Virus record (IMG/VR): IMGVR_UViG_3300032321_000329
Span: 1 to 53,339 of that record
Strand: one strand, 5' to 3'
DNA: 53,339 nucleotides
DNA from: a virus
Taxonomy: Duplodnaviria; Caudoviricetes
The notes under the pieces were generated by a model, which saw only the letters and a list, made by a program, of their open reading frames with translations, was not told the origin of the DNA and searched no databases. Position 1 is the first letter of the stretch; every line of letters starts with the position of its first letter. Of this stretch, positions 1-8,800 are shown one piece after another. A program made the translations under genes and the position numbers.

Positions 1-1566
1 AGACCTAATCATGTCAATATAGTGGTTCATATTGGTAATCAACATCTGAGTCTTAGATGCTCCTGAGTTAGATGTCAACTGAGTAATAGGTATTCTTGCA
101 TTATTAAAGTCACCATCTTGAGTAAAACTTCTACCAATTACACTACCTGTTTGGAAATATAATCTTAAAGCATCCTCAGGATTGTATGCATTACCTGTAC
201 CTAAGTCAATCTCATTCAACCCATCAGCGTCAATAAACACACCATCAGGCACAACCCTTGCAATTACTTGTTGTAATTTCAAGTGAGTTATCTGAATTAA
301 GTCGGCAAATGGTATCATTCTGCGACATAAAGACTCAATAACACCTTTATACATACGAGGAGCACAAGCTACATAGTTTGGTAATGCGTGTTGAGTAGCT
401 GACTTAGGACGTACCATATTCTCTGACAACTTCCATTGTAATAAAATATTAGTACCCATAACCATAATACCCTCATACCAAACATCAATAACTTTTTCAA
501 TCTTTTCAAAGTTTCCTTCCTCCATCATTTCAGCCGGAGGATTAAAAGTCTCATCTTTCTCGATAACACGAGAGCCACCACCTTCAAGTATCTTCTTCTT
601 ATAAACAACTTTTTTAGTTGACTTATAGTTGAAATACATTAAAGTACAAGTATCACGATAGAACATACTATTCTCATAGAACTGTGCTACGTTATAATAA
701 TCGTACCAAGATTGACTGTATTGTGTAATTTCTTGTAAATTTTCTTTAGTTAAAGATTGGTCTATCTTCATTAACTCAGTTAATGACATAGTTTTAATCT
801 CTCCCCAATAAAAACAATCTCTAAAATATGGGTCTTCTGTATAACTATAAACAATATTAGCAGGGTCAACATATGATAACTTAACACCTGCTCCTTGTAA
901 AAATTCATGCTTTGCAACACCAATGCCAATTACAGTAACATCATAATCAGTTCTTTTACGAATATCTTCGTAATGATTATTGTCAAATATAGTATTGATA
1001 GCTTCTTCTTCTGCTATCTCAATAGCAGGTTTGTAATTTAGTTGCATATATAAAGACAACTCATCATCAGTCTCAGGAAGTTTTTCAGGGTCCATTAAAA
1101 ATGGATTAGCACCTGTAAGTTCTTGAATTTTAGATAGAACAGGCTTACCTGCCATTTGAGTCTCAAGCATATCTTGATATTTGTTTCTCTTAGCTTGAGA
1201 CATAGCATCTTGTGCATACGCTTTAACTTTAAACAATCTATCAGACATACCGTTTACAACGATATCAATAAACTTAGGTAAAATAGGTACAGGAGTCCAA
1301 TCTAAATTTAGATAAGACAAATCACCATCAATAGCTAATTCATTCTTATACTTTGAAATAGGTTGCTCACCTCTTGCATATAACCTTAATCTTCTAAAAT
1401 CTTTCCATTGACTATAGTATCTGCAAGATGAACCGTCTTTACGGAACCACTCATATTGAATACTCTGACCAACTTGTAATCCAAATTCCTTTGATGCCTT
1501 TTCTGCATCAGTTACTAACTGACTTGGAAATGATGCGGCATTTATTTGTACTGTTAAATTTTTCAT
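1..1566 (-). CDS. Portal protein (3' end runs off the window)
   Basis: Not in the ORF track. ATG at 1566 overlaps the terminase TGA (ATGA). Frame reads MKNLTVQINAASFPSQ...LRLYARGEQPISKYK...LDWTPVPILPKFIDIVVNG and ends NHYIDMIRS at base 1. Position after TerL and these motifs resemble Bacteroidota podophage portals. Confidence 0.8.
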   Translation of the reverse strand, partial: MKNLTVQINAASFPSQLVTDAEKASKEFGLQVGQSIQYEWFRKDGSSCRYYSQWKDFRRLRLYARGEQPISKYKNELAIDGDLSYLNLDWTPVPILPKFIDIVVNGMSDRLFKVKAYAQDAMSQAKRNKYQDMLETQMAGKPVLSKIQELTGANPFLMDPEKLPETDDELSLYMQLNYKPAIEIAEEEAINTIFDNNHYEDIRKRTDYDVTVIGIGVAKHEFLQGAGVKLSYVDPANIVYSYTEDPYFRDCFYWGEIKTMSLTELMKIDQSLTKENLQEITQYSQSWYDYYNVAQFYENSMFYRDTCTLMYFNYKSTKKVVYKKKILEGGGSRVIEKDETFNPPAEMMEEGNFEKIEKVIDVWYEGIMVMGTNILLQWKLSENMVRPKSATQHALPNYVACAPRMYKGVIESLCRRMIPFADLIQITHLKLQQVIARVVPDGVFIDADGLNEIDLGTGNAYNPEDALRLYFQTGSVIGRSFTQDGDFNNARIPITQLTSNSGASKTQMLITNMNHYIDMIRS

Positions 1567-3845
1567 CTAATCAATTGACTTGTTGTTCCTTCGTTTTTAT
1601 ACTTAGCGAAGTTAATAATTAATTTTGATTCTTTTTTCTCCGGAGTGTATAAATGCTTCTGATTAGCCATTATACAAAGACCCGAGCTGATAGAGGCATC
1701 AAATTTTGTTCTATCATTTATATCGAATTTTGCCCAATCCTCAAGTGTTCTTGTAAAAGGCATTGTACCCATTTCCTCAGGGTCTCTATACTTTGCCTCT
1801 AAGTCAAACCCTATAAACTTCTCAATGTACGACTCAATTGCAGAAGCGTGTGCCTGCTTTACATCTTCTGAAGAGTTTGGAATACCACCTAACTCACGCT
1901 CAGTCTTTGTTAGTTTAGCCATCTGTTTGTCAGGTCTATTAATCGAGTATCCTCTATATCCCCTATTTTTTAAATGATATAAAAGCCTTGGTTTATTATT
2001 CTCCACAAGTATTGGCATTCCGTAAAATACAATAGCCATTAATACTTCCTCAAAAAATATCTCTGCAGTCTGCGGACGAGCAATATACTCTAAAAAAAAC
2101 TCATTAACAGGAGCATCGTCAATATGGAACTTAGTCATGCCATGCAATGCACCATTAGAGCCTCTTCCTCCCACTACTGCAGATATATCGTATGAGTCAC
2201 ACCCAAAAGACCCAAGGTGCTCATTTCCGGGATATTTGATGCCATTACGCACGTGCACATTGTTTTGCATATGCTTAGGAGGAGCCCAACTTATATTAAA
2301 CCTACCACGTTGGTCAGGAGTCCATATAACTTGCGTATCCTTAATGCCATCTTTCCACGAAAAAGACCCACGAGTAAGATAGTGTTCCTTAATCATTGAG
2401 TCATTATAGTCAATTTGCTGATATAACTTTGTTAAATTAAATAGAGCTTGCTTGCTTTCATCTCTAAATGCGTGAGACTGAGTTCTTGGAAACTGACGAT
2501 AAAACTCGTTTAATGCATCAGCATCACTCTTAAGTGACTCAACCTCAGCCTCCCAATAGTCAATAGCTCCATTTTTTATCCAAATATTGTCAACACCCAT
2601 TATAGGTTGTTCAGGTTTTCTAAATACAGGATGACCATATCTATCAATAAATCCTTCCATATTCCACTCCATCGGAATAAATATGGCATATAGTCCACTC
2701 TTAGTCTGTCCGTTAGCGTTACGATTCTTTACATTTGAATCCTCGTAAATATCTTTATAGTTCTGACCTCCTTTACTTAATGCATTAGAAGTAGAACCCA
2801 TCATACACTTTCCGATAATCTTACTACCTAAACGTAAACAAGTCTTGGTTACACGCCAATTCTCTTTAATGTTTACAGGCTTAGTCCATTTTGCAGACTC
2901 ATCATGAGCTAAAAAAAGTAATTTCTCTCCATCATATGAGTTATCCTCAGTATTCTTCCAATCTATTGATGTATCCAATCCATCTACATCATTGTCATCG
3001 GTTTCATACATATTTTTTTTGGTAATCTTGGCTGCCGGAACTCTATAAGCAAGTTCAGTCTTTGGTTTGTCCATACCATCCATAATAGGCTTAAAGAAAA
3101 ATGGTAAACGACTATTAATAGGTACTACCTTATCAGTAAACATTTTTTTAGCATCAGCACCCGTCTTAGACAAGATACCTATACGTGCGTCACGTGCGAG
3201 CGTACCTATGTTAACGCACTCTGAAGATGACATAAACGAGAATCCTGAACGTCTAATCTTTAAGTATATCATACCAAAAGACCTTGGGTCAGCACGACAC
3301 GCTTCCCAAAATATCCAATAAATACGATTTGCCTCACGGAAGTCAGGGTATCCTACGTCAATACTTGACCACTGTAAGTACATATAATGAGACCCTGTTA
3401 TGTAGGTTTTAACGCCATTGTTCATAAACCAAATACCTTGCTCTCTGCTATCAAACTCTTGCTCGATATAGTCAACCCAACGGTCTTTAAATTCTTTTGG
3501 TTTTTCGTTCCATTGAAATATGGATTGTATTCTTGAGAGTTCTTTTGGTAGTTCTTGGCGTTCCCAATACTGCTCAGCTTTTGACGAGTGTCTTTGAAGA
3601 CACTTATCGGGTGTTATAGGTAATGCAATCTTTAACCCCTCTATCTCAACTATCTGCCCTATCTGCCCTGATTTTGAAATGACTACAACGTCATATTGGT
3701 CGTTATATCCATATAGCCATGACCTCACTCTATTTTTATTAGAAATGACGGCAGGTGGTATATAGTTCTCTATCACCTGACATAAACTATTGTTTTGACC
3801 TTCTTTCTGCAAATCCTTGTTTTGTATCTGTTTTAGAGACTCCAC
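1563..3845 (-). CDS. terL: Terminase large subunit
   Basis: ATPase motifs YLKIRRSGFS, LFLAHDESAK and MMGSTSN; nuclease motifs FGCDSYD, ILVENN and FDASIS; adjacent to portal. Start codon uncertain. Confidence 0.88.
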   Translation of the reverse strand: MESLKQIQNKDLQKEGQNNSLCQVIENYIPPAVISNKNRVRSWLYGYNDQYDVVVISKSGQIGQIVEIEGLKIALPITPDKCLQRHSSKAEQYWERQELPKELSRIQSIFQWNEKPKEFKDRWVDYIEQEFDSREQGIWFMNNGVKTYITGSHYMYLQWSSIDVGYPDFREANRIYWIFWEACRADPRSFGMIYLKIRRSGFSFMSSSECVNIGTLARDARIGILSKTGADAKKMFTDKVVPINSRLPFFFKPIMDGMDKPKTELAYRVPAAKITKKNMYETDDNDVDGLDTSIDWKNTEDNSYDGEKLLFLAHDESAKWTKPVNIKENWRVTKTCLRLGSKIIGKCMMGSTSNALSKGGQNYKDIYEDSNVKNRNANGQTKSGLYAIFIPMEWNMEGFIDRYGHPVFRKPEQPIMGVDNIWIKNGAIDYWEAEVESLKSDADALNEFYRQFPRTQSHAFRDESKQALFNLTKLYQQIDYNDSMIKEHYLTRGSFSWKDGIKDTQVIWTPDQRGRFNISWAPPKHMQNNVHVRNGIKYPGNEHLGSFGCDSYDISAVVGGRGSNGALHGMTKFHIDDAPVNEFFLEYIARPQTAEIFFEEVLMAIVFYGMPILVENNKPRLLYHLKNRGYRGYSINRPDKQMAKLTKTERELGGIPNSSEDVKQAHASAIESYIEKFIGFDLEAKYRDPEEMGTMPFTRTLEDWAKFDINDRTKFDASISSGLCIMANQKHLYTPEKKESKLIINFAKYKNEGTTSQLIR
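3588..3603. repeat. 16-bp palindrome copy 1 (inside terL)
   Basis: GTGTCTTTGAAGACAC, which is GTGTCTTCAAAGACAC on the minus strand; encodes part of KCLQRH. Confidence 0.9.
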
Positions 3846-4074
3846 TGTTTGCGGAATCTAAATTTTCTTTCTCTAATTCTATTCTGCTAAGTATCTCAAA
3901 TGCATCAAATATGGCTAATTTCTTAGCTGCTGCTGCGTTTTTCAACTTATCTGCAGACACATCGCTATCTGAGTCGGTATTAATAATATCCTCTTCAGCC
4001 ACCTTGACAAGATGGTTGACAGCTTTGTAACCTGCCTCAATAATCCTCATCTTTATTTGTCGAGTATCGTTCAT
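3787..4074 (-). CDS. Putative terminase small subunit
   Basis: 95-aa helical protein immediately upstream of and overlapping terL; positional inference only. Confidence 0.45.
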   Translation of the reverse strand: MNDTRQIKMRIIEAGYKAVNHLVKVAEEDIINTDSDSDVSADKLKNAAAAKKLAIFDAFEILSRIELEKENLDSANSGVSKTDTKQGFAERRSKQ

Positions 4075-4547
4075 TATTTTGATGTCAAAAATATTATTTG
4101 AACTAATCGAGCAGACTCAGCCTCTCCAAAGTTATCAAAAATATTCCTTGAGTGCTTGGAAGCTGAATCAAACGCTATCATACGATTAAACTTAGAATAC
4201 ATGGTAAGAAGCGGTTTAGCATCCTCATCATATACTGTTGTACCATCCTCATCAGGTGCGTCCTCGTTTAAATACAAAAGACAGGTAATATCACCCATCA
4301 TCTCGTCCGTATGTATAAAATTTGGTTCTTCTTGGTTTAAAGGAGACTTTCTAACAAAGTTAAAAGCTACCTTGTAACCAAAGAATAAGTCAGTAACGTA
4401 TTTTGCGAACTCATCGTTACCGTCTCTTGGCTGAATGTTCCTGAATACGTATTCGCCATCTTCCACGTCTTGAAATTGGTGCAAGTGTATATCTGATACA
4501 TAGGCTTTTGGGTCTTTAATAATGTTGTCAAATGTGATTAGATTCAT
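4074..4547 (-). CDS. 2OG-Fe(II) oxygenase-like protein
   Basis: HxD (FIHTD), LLYLN, FNRMIAFD..KHSR and distal R (ARLVQIIF) match the double-stranded beta-helix dioxygenase pattern. Confidence 0.65.
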   Translation of the reverse strand: MNLITFDNIIKDPKAYVSDIHLHQFQDVEDGEYVFRNIQPRDGNDEFAKYVTDLFFGYKVAFNFVRKSPLNQEEPNFIHTDEMMGDITCLLYLNEDAPDEDGTTVYDEDAKPLLTMYSKFNRMIAFDSASKHSRNIFDNFGEAESARLVQIIFLTSK

Positions 4548-5107
4548 AATTTCATTGTTATTTGGTGGTCATACATTCTGTATAATTTCTCTCCATCAAC
4601 AGTAAATTCGTATTCGCTATCAGGGGAAAAACAAACACTATCCCCTGCTTTAATACCACGTTCAAGTAAATAGTCATTAGGATACTTCATTATTCCCATA
4701 AGAGGCTCCTCGCTAAATGGCTTTTTAATATAACTTTCAGTAGTTGCTATAGGTTTTACAAAGCAGTACCTATCATAAGCGTTCCACGTGGAACAATGCT
4801 TATACATAAAGAATTGCTCAGTCTCAATAAAGAATAGGTCATCTTTAAAAAAAGACTTACCACTCTTTTGCCTACCTCTCATATCGTTATAGAACTTAAA
4901 TACGTTATGATGGACAAGCAGTGTATCACCTTGTTGGATTGGTCCTGTGTAGCCTAATGGTAGTTCAACGACTTCTGCAAATCGATTAGAGAACTTATAG
5001 TCCTCTTCAGAAGTGCTGACAATAAGTTCAACACCTCCTATCTCTTTTGTATTATCGTATCTCTTTCCATTTACCGGTTTGGCTATAAAATAGAATGGAG
5101 ACTTCAT
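4544..5107 (-). CDS. GroES-like (tandem domain) protein
   Basis: Two GroES-like segments: AEVVELP..IQQGDTLLV and GIKAGDSVCFSPDSEYEFTVDGEKLYRM. Confidence 0.5.
   Translation of the reverse strand: MKSPFYFIAKPVNGKRYDNTKEIGGVELIVSTSEEDYKFSNRFAEVVELPLGYTGPIQQGDTLLVHHNVFKFYNDMRGRQKSGKSFFKDDLFFIETEQFFMYKHCSTWNAYDRYCFVKPIATTESYIKKPFSEEPLMGIMKYPNDYLLERGIKAGDSVCFSPDSEYEFTVDGEKLYRMYDHQITMKL
4780..4795. promoter_or_regulatory. parS-like site
   Basis: CGTTCCACGTGGAACA, 15/16 match to the palindromic parS TGTTCCACGTGGAACA; lies within a CDS (CSTWN). Confidence 0.6.
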
Positions 5108-5334
5108 TAAATGTTTATATTATATTCAATTGAAATTGGGATAGTCTGAGTAAATTCTTTCCAAAGAACTACTTCATCCTTATCATTTATAATATATATT
5201 TTAATTGAATGCTTAACGCCATCAAACTTGATAAGGTGTATTTCATAAATATCACCAAGAATCCTTTGCCCTACAATATAGTGCATAGCACCGCCTTTGT
5301 AGTCGGGTCCTATTGATATTTTACGAATTTCCAT
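5107..5334 (-). CDS. Hypothetical protein
   Basis: 75-aa ORF coupled to both neighbours by stop/start overlaps. Confidence 0.7.
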   Translation of the reverse strand: MEIRKISIGPDYKGGAMHYIVGQRILGDIYEIHLIKFDGVKHSIKIYIINDKDEVVLWKEFTQTIPISIEYNINI

Positions 5335-5480
5335 TATGCTTCAGTTACCTCTTCTTCTTTTGGTAAGTTATCCTGAGATACTTTTTGGAAGAATTGAATT
5401 AATTGAACTCCGTACAATGTAGGGATTCCGTTGATGATGTTTTGTAACTCCTGAACTTGTTGCTCGTTTAATTGTATCAT
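5334..5480 (-). CDS. Small hypothetical protein (48 aa)
   Basis: MIQLNEQQVQELQNIING...EEEVTEA; fills the gap with a TAATG overlap; below the ORF-track cutoff. Confidence 0.6.
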   Translation of the reverse strand: MIQLNEQQVQELQNIINGIPTLYGVQLIQFFQKVSQDNLPKEEEVTEA

Positions 5481-5538
5481 TTTATTAGATTTTATTTGAT
5501 GTAAAAATAGTAATTTTTATTGTAATAATAAACTATTA

Positions 5539-5895
5539 TTATACAATTGGTTCAGGAGGTGTTGGTTGAGGAGCCCAAGGTAGAGGCAATACGATAATTG
5601 GTGGGTTGATTATATTGTCTATTTGTTGTTGTAAACTTGAATCAATTACTGTTACATCAAGACCTGCATCCAACCAAGACTCAACTTGAGCCTGTGTTAA
5701 ATCAGGATAAGCCGTAAAGTCCGTTGAACTTGGAGTTGTGCAACCCATTGTTCCGTAACCTGAAACTAAGATAGGTTCTCCACCTACAAATTGTTCAGCC
5801 GTGCGAGTCCAATGTACTGTTACTACTACATCAGTTAAGCCATCTTCGGTTGGCTTTGTATCCATTTGATTAATTACCCAATTATAAGTTGCCAT
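5539..5895 (-). CDS. Tail-fibre-associated protein
   Basis: Directly downstream of the tail fibre; VVVTVHW, FTAYPDLTQAQVESW and LPW motifs are typical of such accessory proteins. Confidence 0.55.
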   Translation of the reverse strand: MATYNWVINQMDTKPTEDGLTDVVVTVHWTRTAEQFVGGEPILVSGYGTMGCTTPSSTDFTAYPDLTQAQVESWLDAGLDVTVIDSSLQQQIDNIINPPIIVLPLPWAPQPTPPEPIV

Positions 5896-5896
5896 A

Positions 5897-8800
5897 TTAT
5901 TTATTTTCTAATGTTTTTAATCTTGCTTCTAATTCTTTTATTGCATTTACTAAAACATATATTAATTCGTGTCCATTAAAATTTAATATATCAGTTTCTT
6001 CATTATCGGTTTCATTTAATTTAGCTTTTATTGAACTAACACTATTTGGTAAAATATTAATAATTTCTTGCGCTATAATACCAACGCCACCAATACTTTT
6101 TTTAAACCCACCTAAACCATTATAATCATAAGTAATTGGGTTTATTTGTAATAATTCTTGCAAACCTTTATTATATGGTTTTATATTTTCTTTTATTCTT
6201 ATATCGGAAGCAATAGTCCATAACGCACTTGTTGGTTTTGCTGCGCTATCGGTTGATAATTGTAATTGATAACCCGGACTTGTTGTTCCAATACCTACGT
6301 TTCCTGCGGTAGTAATAATAAAAGGAGTTATTGTATCGGATAAAATTGCAAATCCATTAAAAGTTGGTGAATATACATAAGCACCTGAAACACTATTAGC
6401 TGCAAATCTTGCCTTTTCAGTTCCACTTTGTCTAATACTTAAACCGCCGTAATATGTACTTGTACCATTTGCAATAAATATAGGACTTGTATTATCTAAT
6501 TGAACGTTATCAGTAAATCTTCCTGTACCTGTAACATCTAATTTATAAGTAGTATTGGTATTACCTATTCCTACGTTAGTTCCATTATCCCATATTAAAC
6601 TATTTCCTATTGTGCCACTTGCAGTAAATTTAGGATGGTAGTTTATTGTTCCTGTTCCGGTTATTGGATTTGTTAAAGCACTTTGTTTTCCGTTAAATGT
6701 GTTCCAATCAGTTGAACTTAAATATCCATTTGTACTTGTTGTAGCTTGAGATATTGATATTACATTTGAAGTAATACTTAAAGGACTTGTTGCACTTGAT
6801 ATTCTTAATGAATAAGCTGTATTCCAATTTGCACTATTATCAGTTATTGAAGTTGTCCAAGCTGTACCTGTTGAAACCGCTATCCCCGCACTTGGATAAA
6901 CCATTGAATTAATTGTCCAAGACCTATCCGCACTTAAATCGTATGTTGTTCCGTTTATTGTAAGTGTTCTACTTGGAGGTACTTTATTATTAAATGTAGT
7001 CCAATCAGAACTTGATAAGTAACCGTTTGTACTTGTTGTAGCCTGAGATATTGAAACAGTTGCAGCACCTGAAATAGTAGAAACACTTATTGGTGCTGTT
7101 CCTGATACGGATGATATACCTGCTGTTATTGTCCAACTTCTATCAGCACTTAAATCATAACTAACACCATTAATAGATAATGTTCTGCTTGTTGGCACAT
7201 ATCCACTTAATGCTGATGGAGCAACGTAGTCAGTACCTGCAACTGCTGCTGTAAATATTCCGCTTGAGTCAGCCTTAACTATTGCAGCCGTAACTGAACT
7301 TTGTTGTATTGCTCCTGTAATTTGCAATGCTGCTAATCCACTGTCTGTTGTTTTATTAATTAATACAGCTCCACCACTCGGCTGAAGTCTTAAAGCACCT
7401 CCAACAAGTGACGTACCATAATATGTTTGTAATGAACCATATGAACTTATACTTGTACCTCCTGCTGTCATTTGCACAAACCCATTATTACCACCACCTG
7501 AAGGGTCAGCATCTATTAATGTTAATACTGCCGTAGTTCCTGAAGTATTTTTTATAAGTAATCCACCATTAACATCTAATTTAAAAGAAGATGGTGCATA
7601 TGGAGCTGTCGTGTTAATTCCAATACTACTACCTCCATCATAAGCAATACTATTTCCAATTGTTGAACTGCCTGTAAACTTAGGTAAATAATTAGTTGTT
7701 CCCGTTCCGGTAACAGGATTAGTTAAAGCATTTTGCTTATTATTAAATGTATTCCAATCAATTGAACTTAAATATCCATCTTGTCCTGCAGTTGCAAGTT
7801 GTATTGTTAAATTAGGAGTTGACCCACCACTTGAAAATAATGGACTTGTTGCACTAACTGAAGATACACCCGCAGTAATAGACCAACTTCTGTCAGCACT
7901 TAGGTCGTATGTTACTCCATTAATAGTTAAAGTTCTACTTGTTGGAACATAAAAAGCTAAATCAGAAGTTAATGCTAATGTTCCCGATGCACTTGGAAGT
8001 GTATATGAATAAGTTCCATTGCTAATAGTTGAACCTAATGTAATTTGTCCTGTTGCTCTAAAACTTCCATTAACATCAAGCGTAAAAAAAGAAGGAGTAG
8101 TTGTTCCAACTAAAATTTGACCTCCACTTGGTTGTAATCTTAAAGCTCCATCAGGAACTGACAACCCATAATACGTTTGAATTTGACCCCAAGAAGCAGA
8201 ACTTGTTCCTCCAACTGAGTTTATAATAAATGCTTCATTACCCCCACCTGCAGGATTTGAATTAATTAAAACAAACTGAGCTGTAACTCCTGAAGTATTT
8301 TTTACAATTAATCCTCCGTTTACATCTAATTTGAATTGAGAAGAATCATATGGAGCATTTGTATTAATACCTATGCTACTTCCTCCATCATATGCAATAC
8401 TATTTCCTACAGCAGATGAGCCTGTAAATTTAGGTAAATAGTTTATAGTGCCAATTCCACCTATTTTATCATTGAATGTTGTCCAATCACTTGTGCTTAA
8501 TGCTCCTCTATTTGCCGCACTTGCTGTTGGAAGATTGAATGTATGTGTATCAGTTACACTATTAACTGCAAAGTCAGTACCTGCTGTACCTGCTGCAAAA
8601 TATTGCACTTGTGCAGTTAGTCCATTTAACGCCAATATACCTGTTGAAAATGTAGTAATAACTTGACATAAAGTACTATTTTCAGTATGTAAAGTAATTG
8701 TTCTACCGCTATGCGTTACATAAACTCTAACCGCTAACCTATCAGTTACAGTTAACGAAGTAGTTGGTACGGCTAAAGCAGTTGTATATAAATCAATAGT

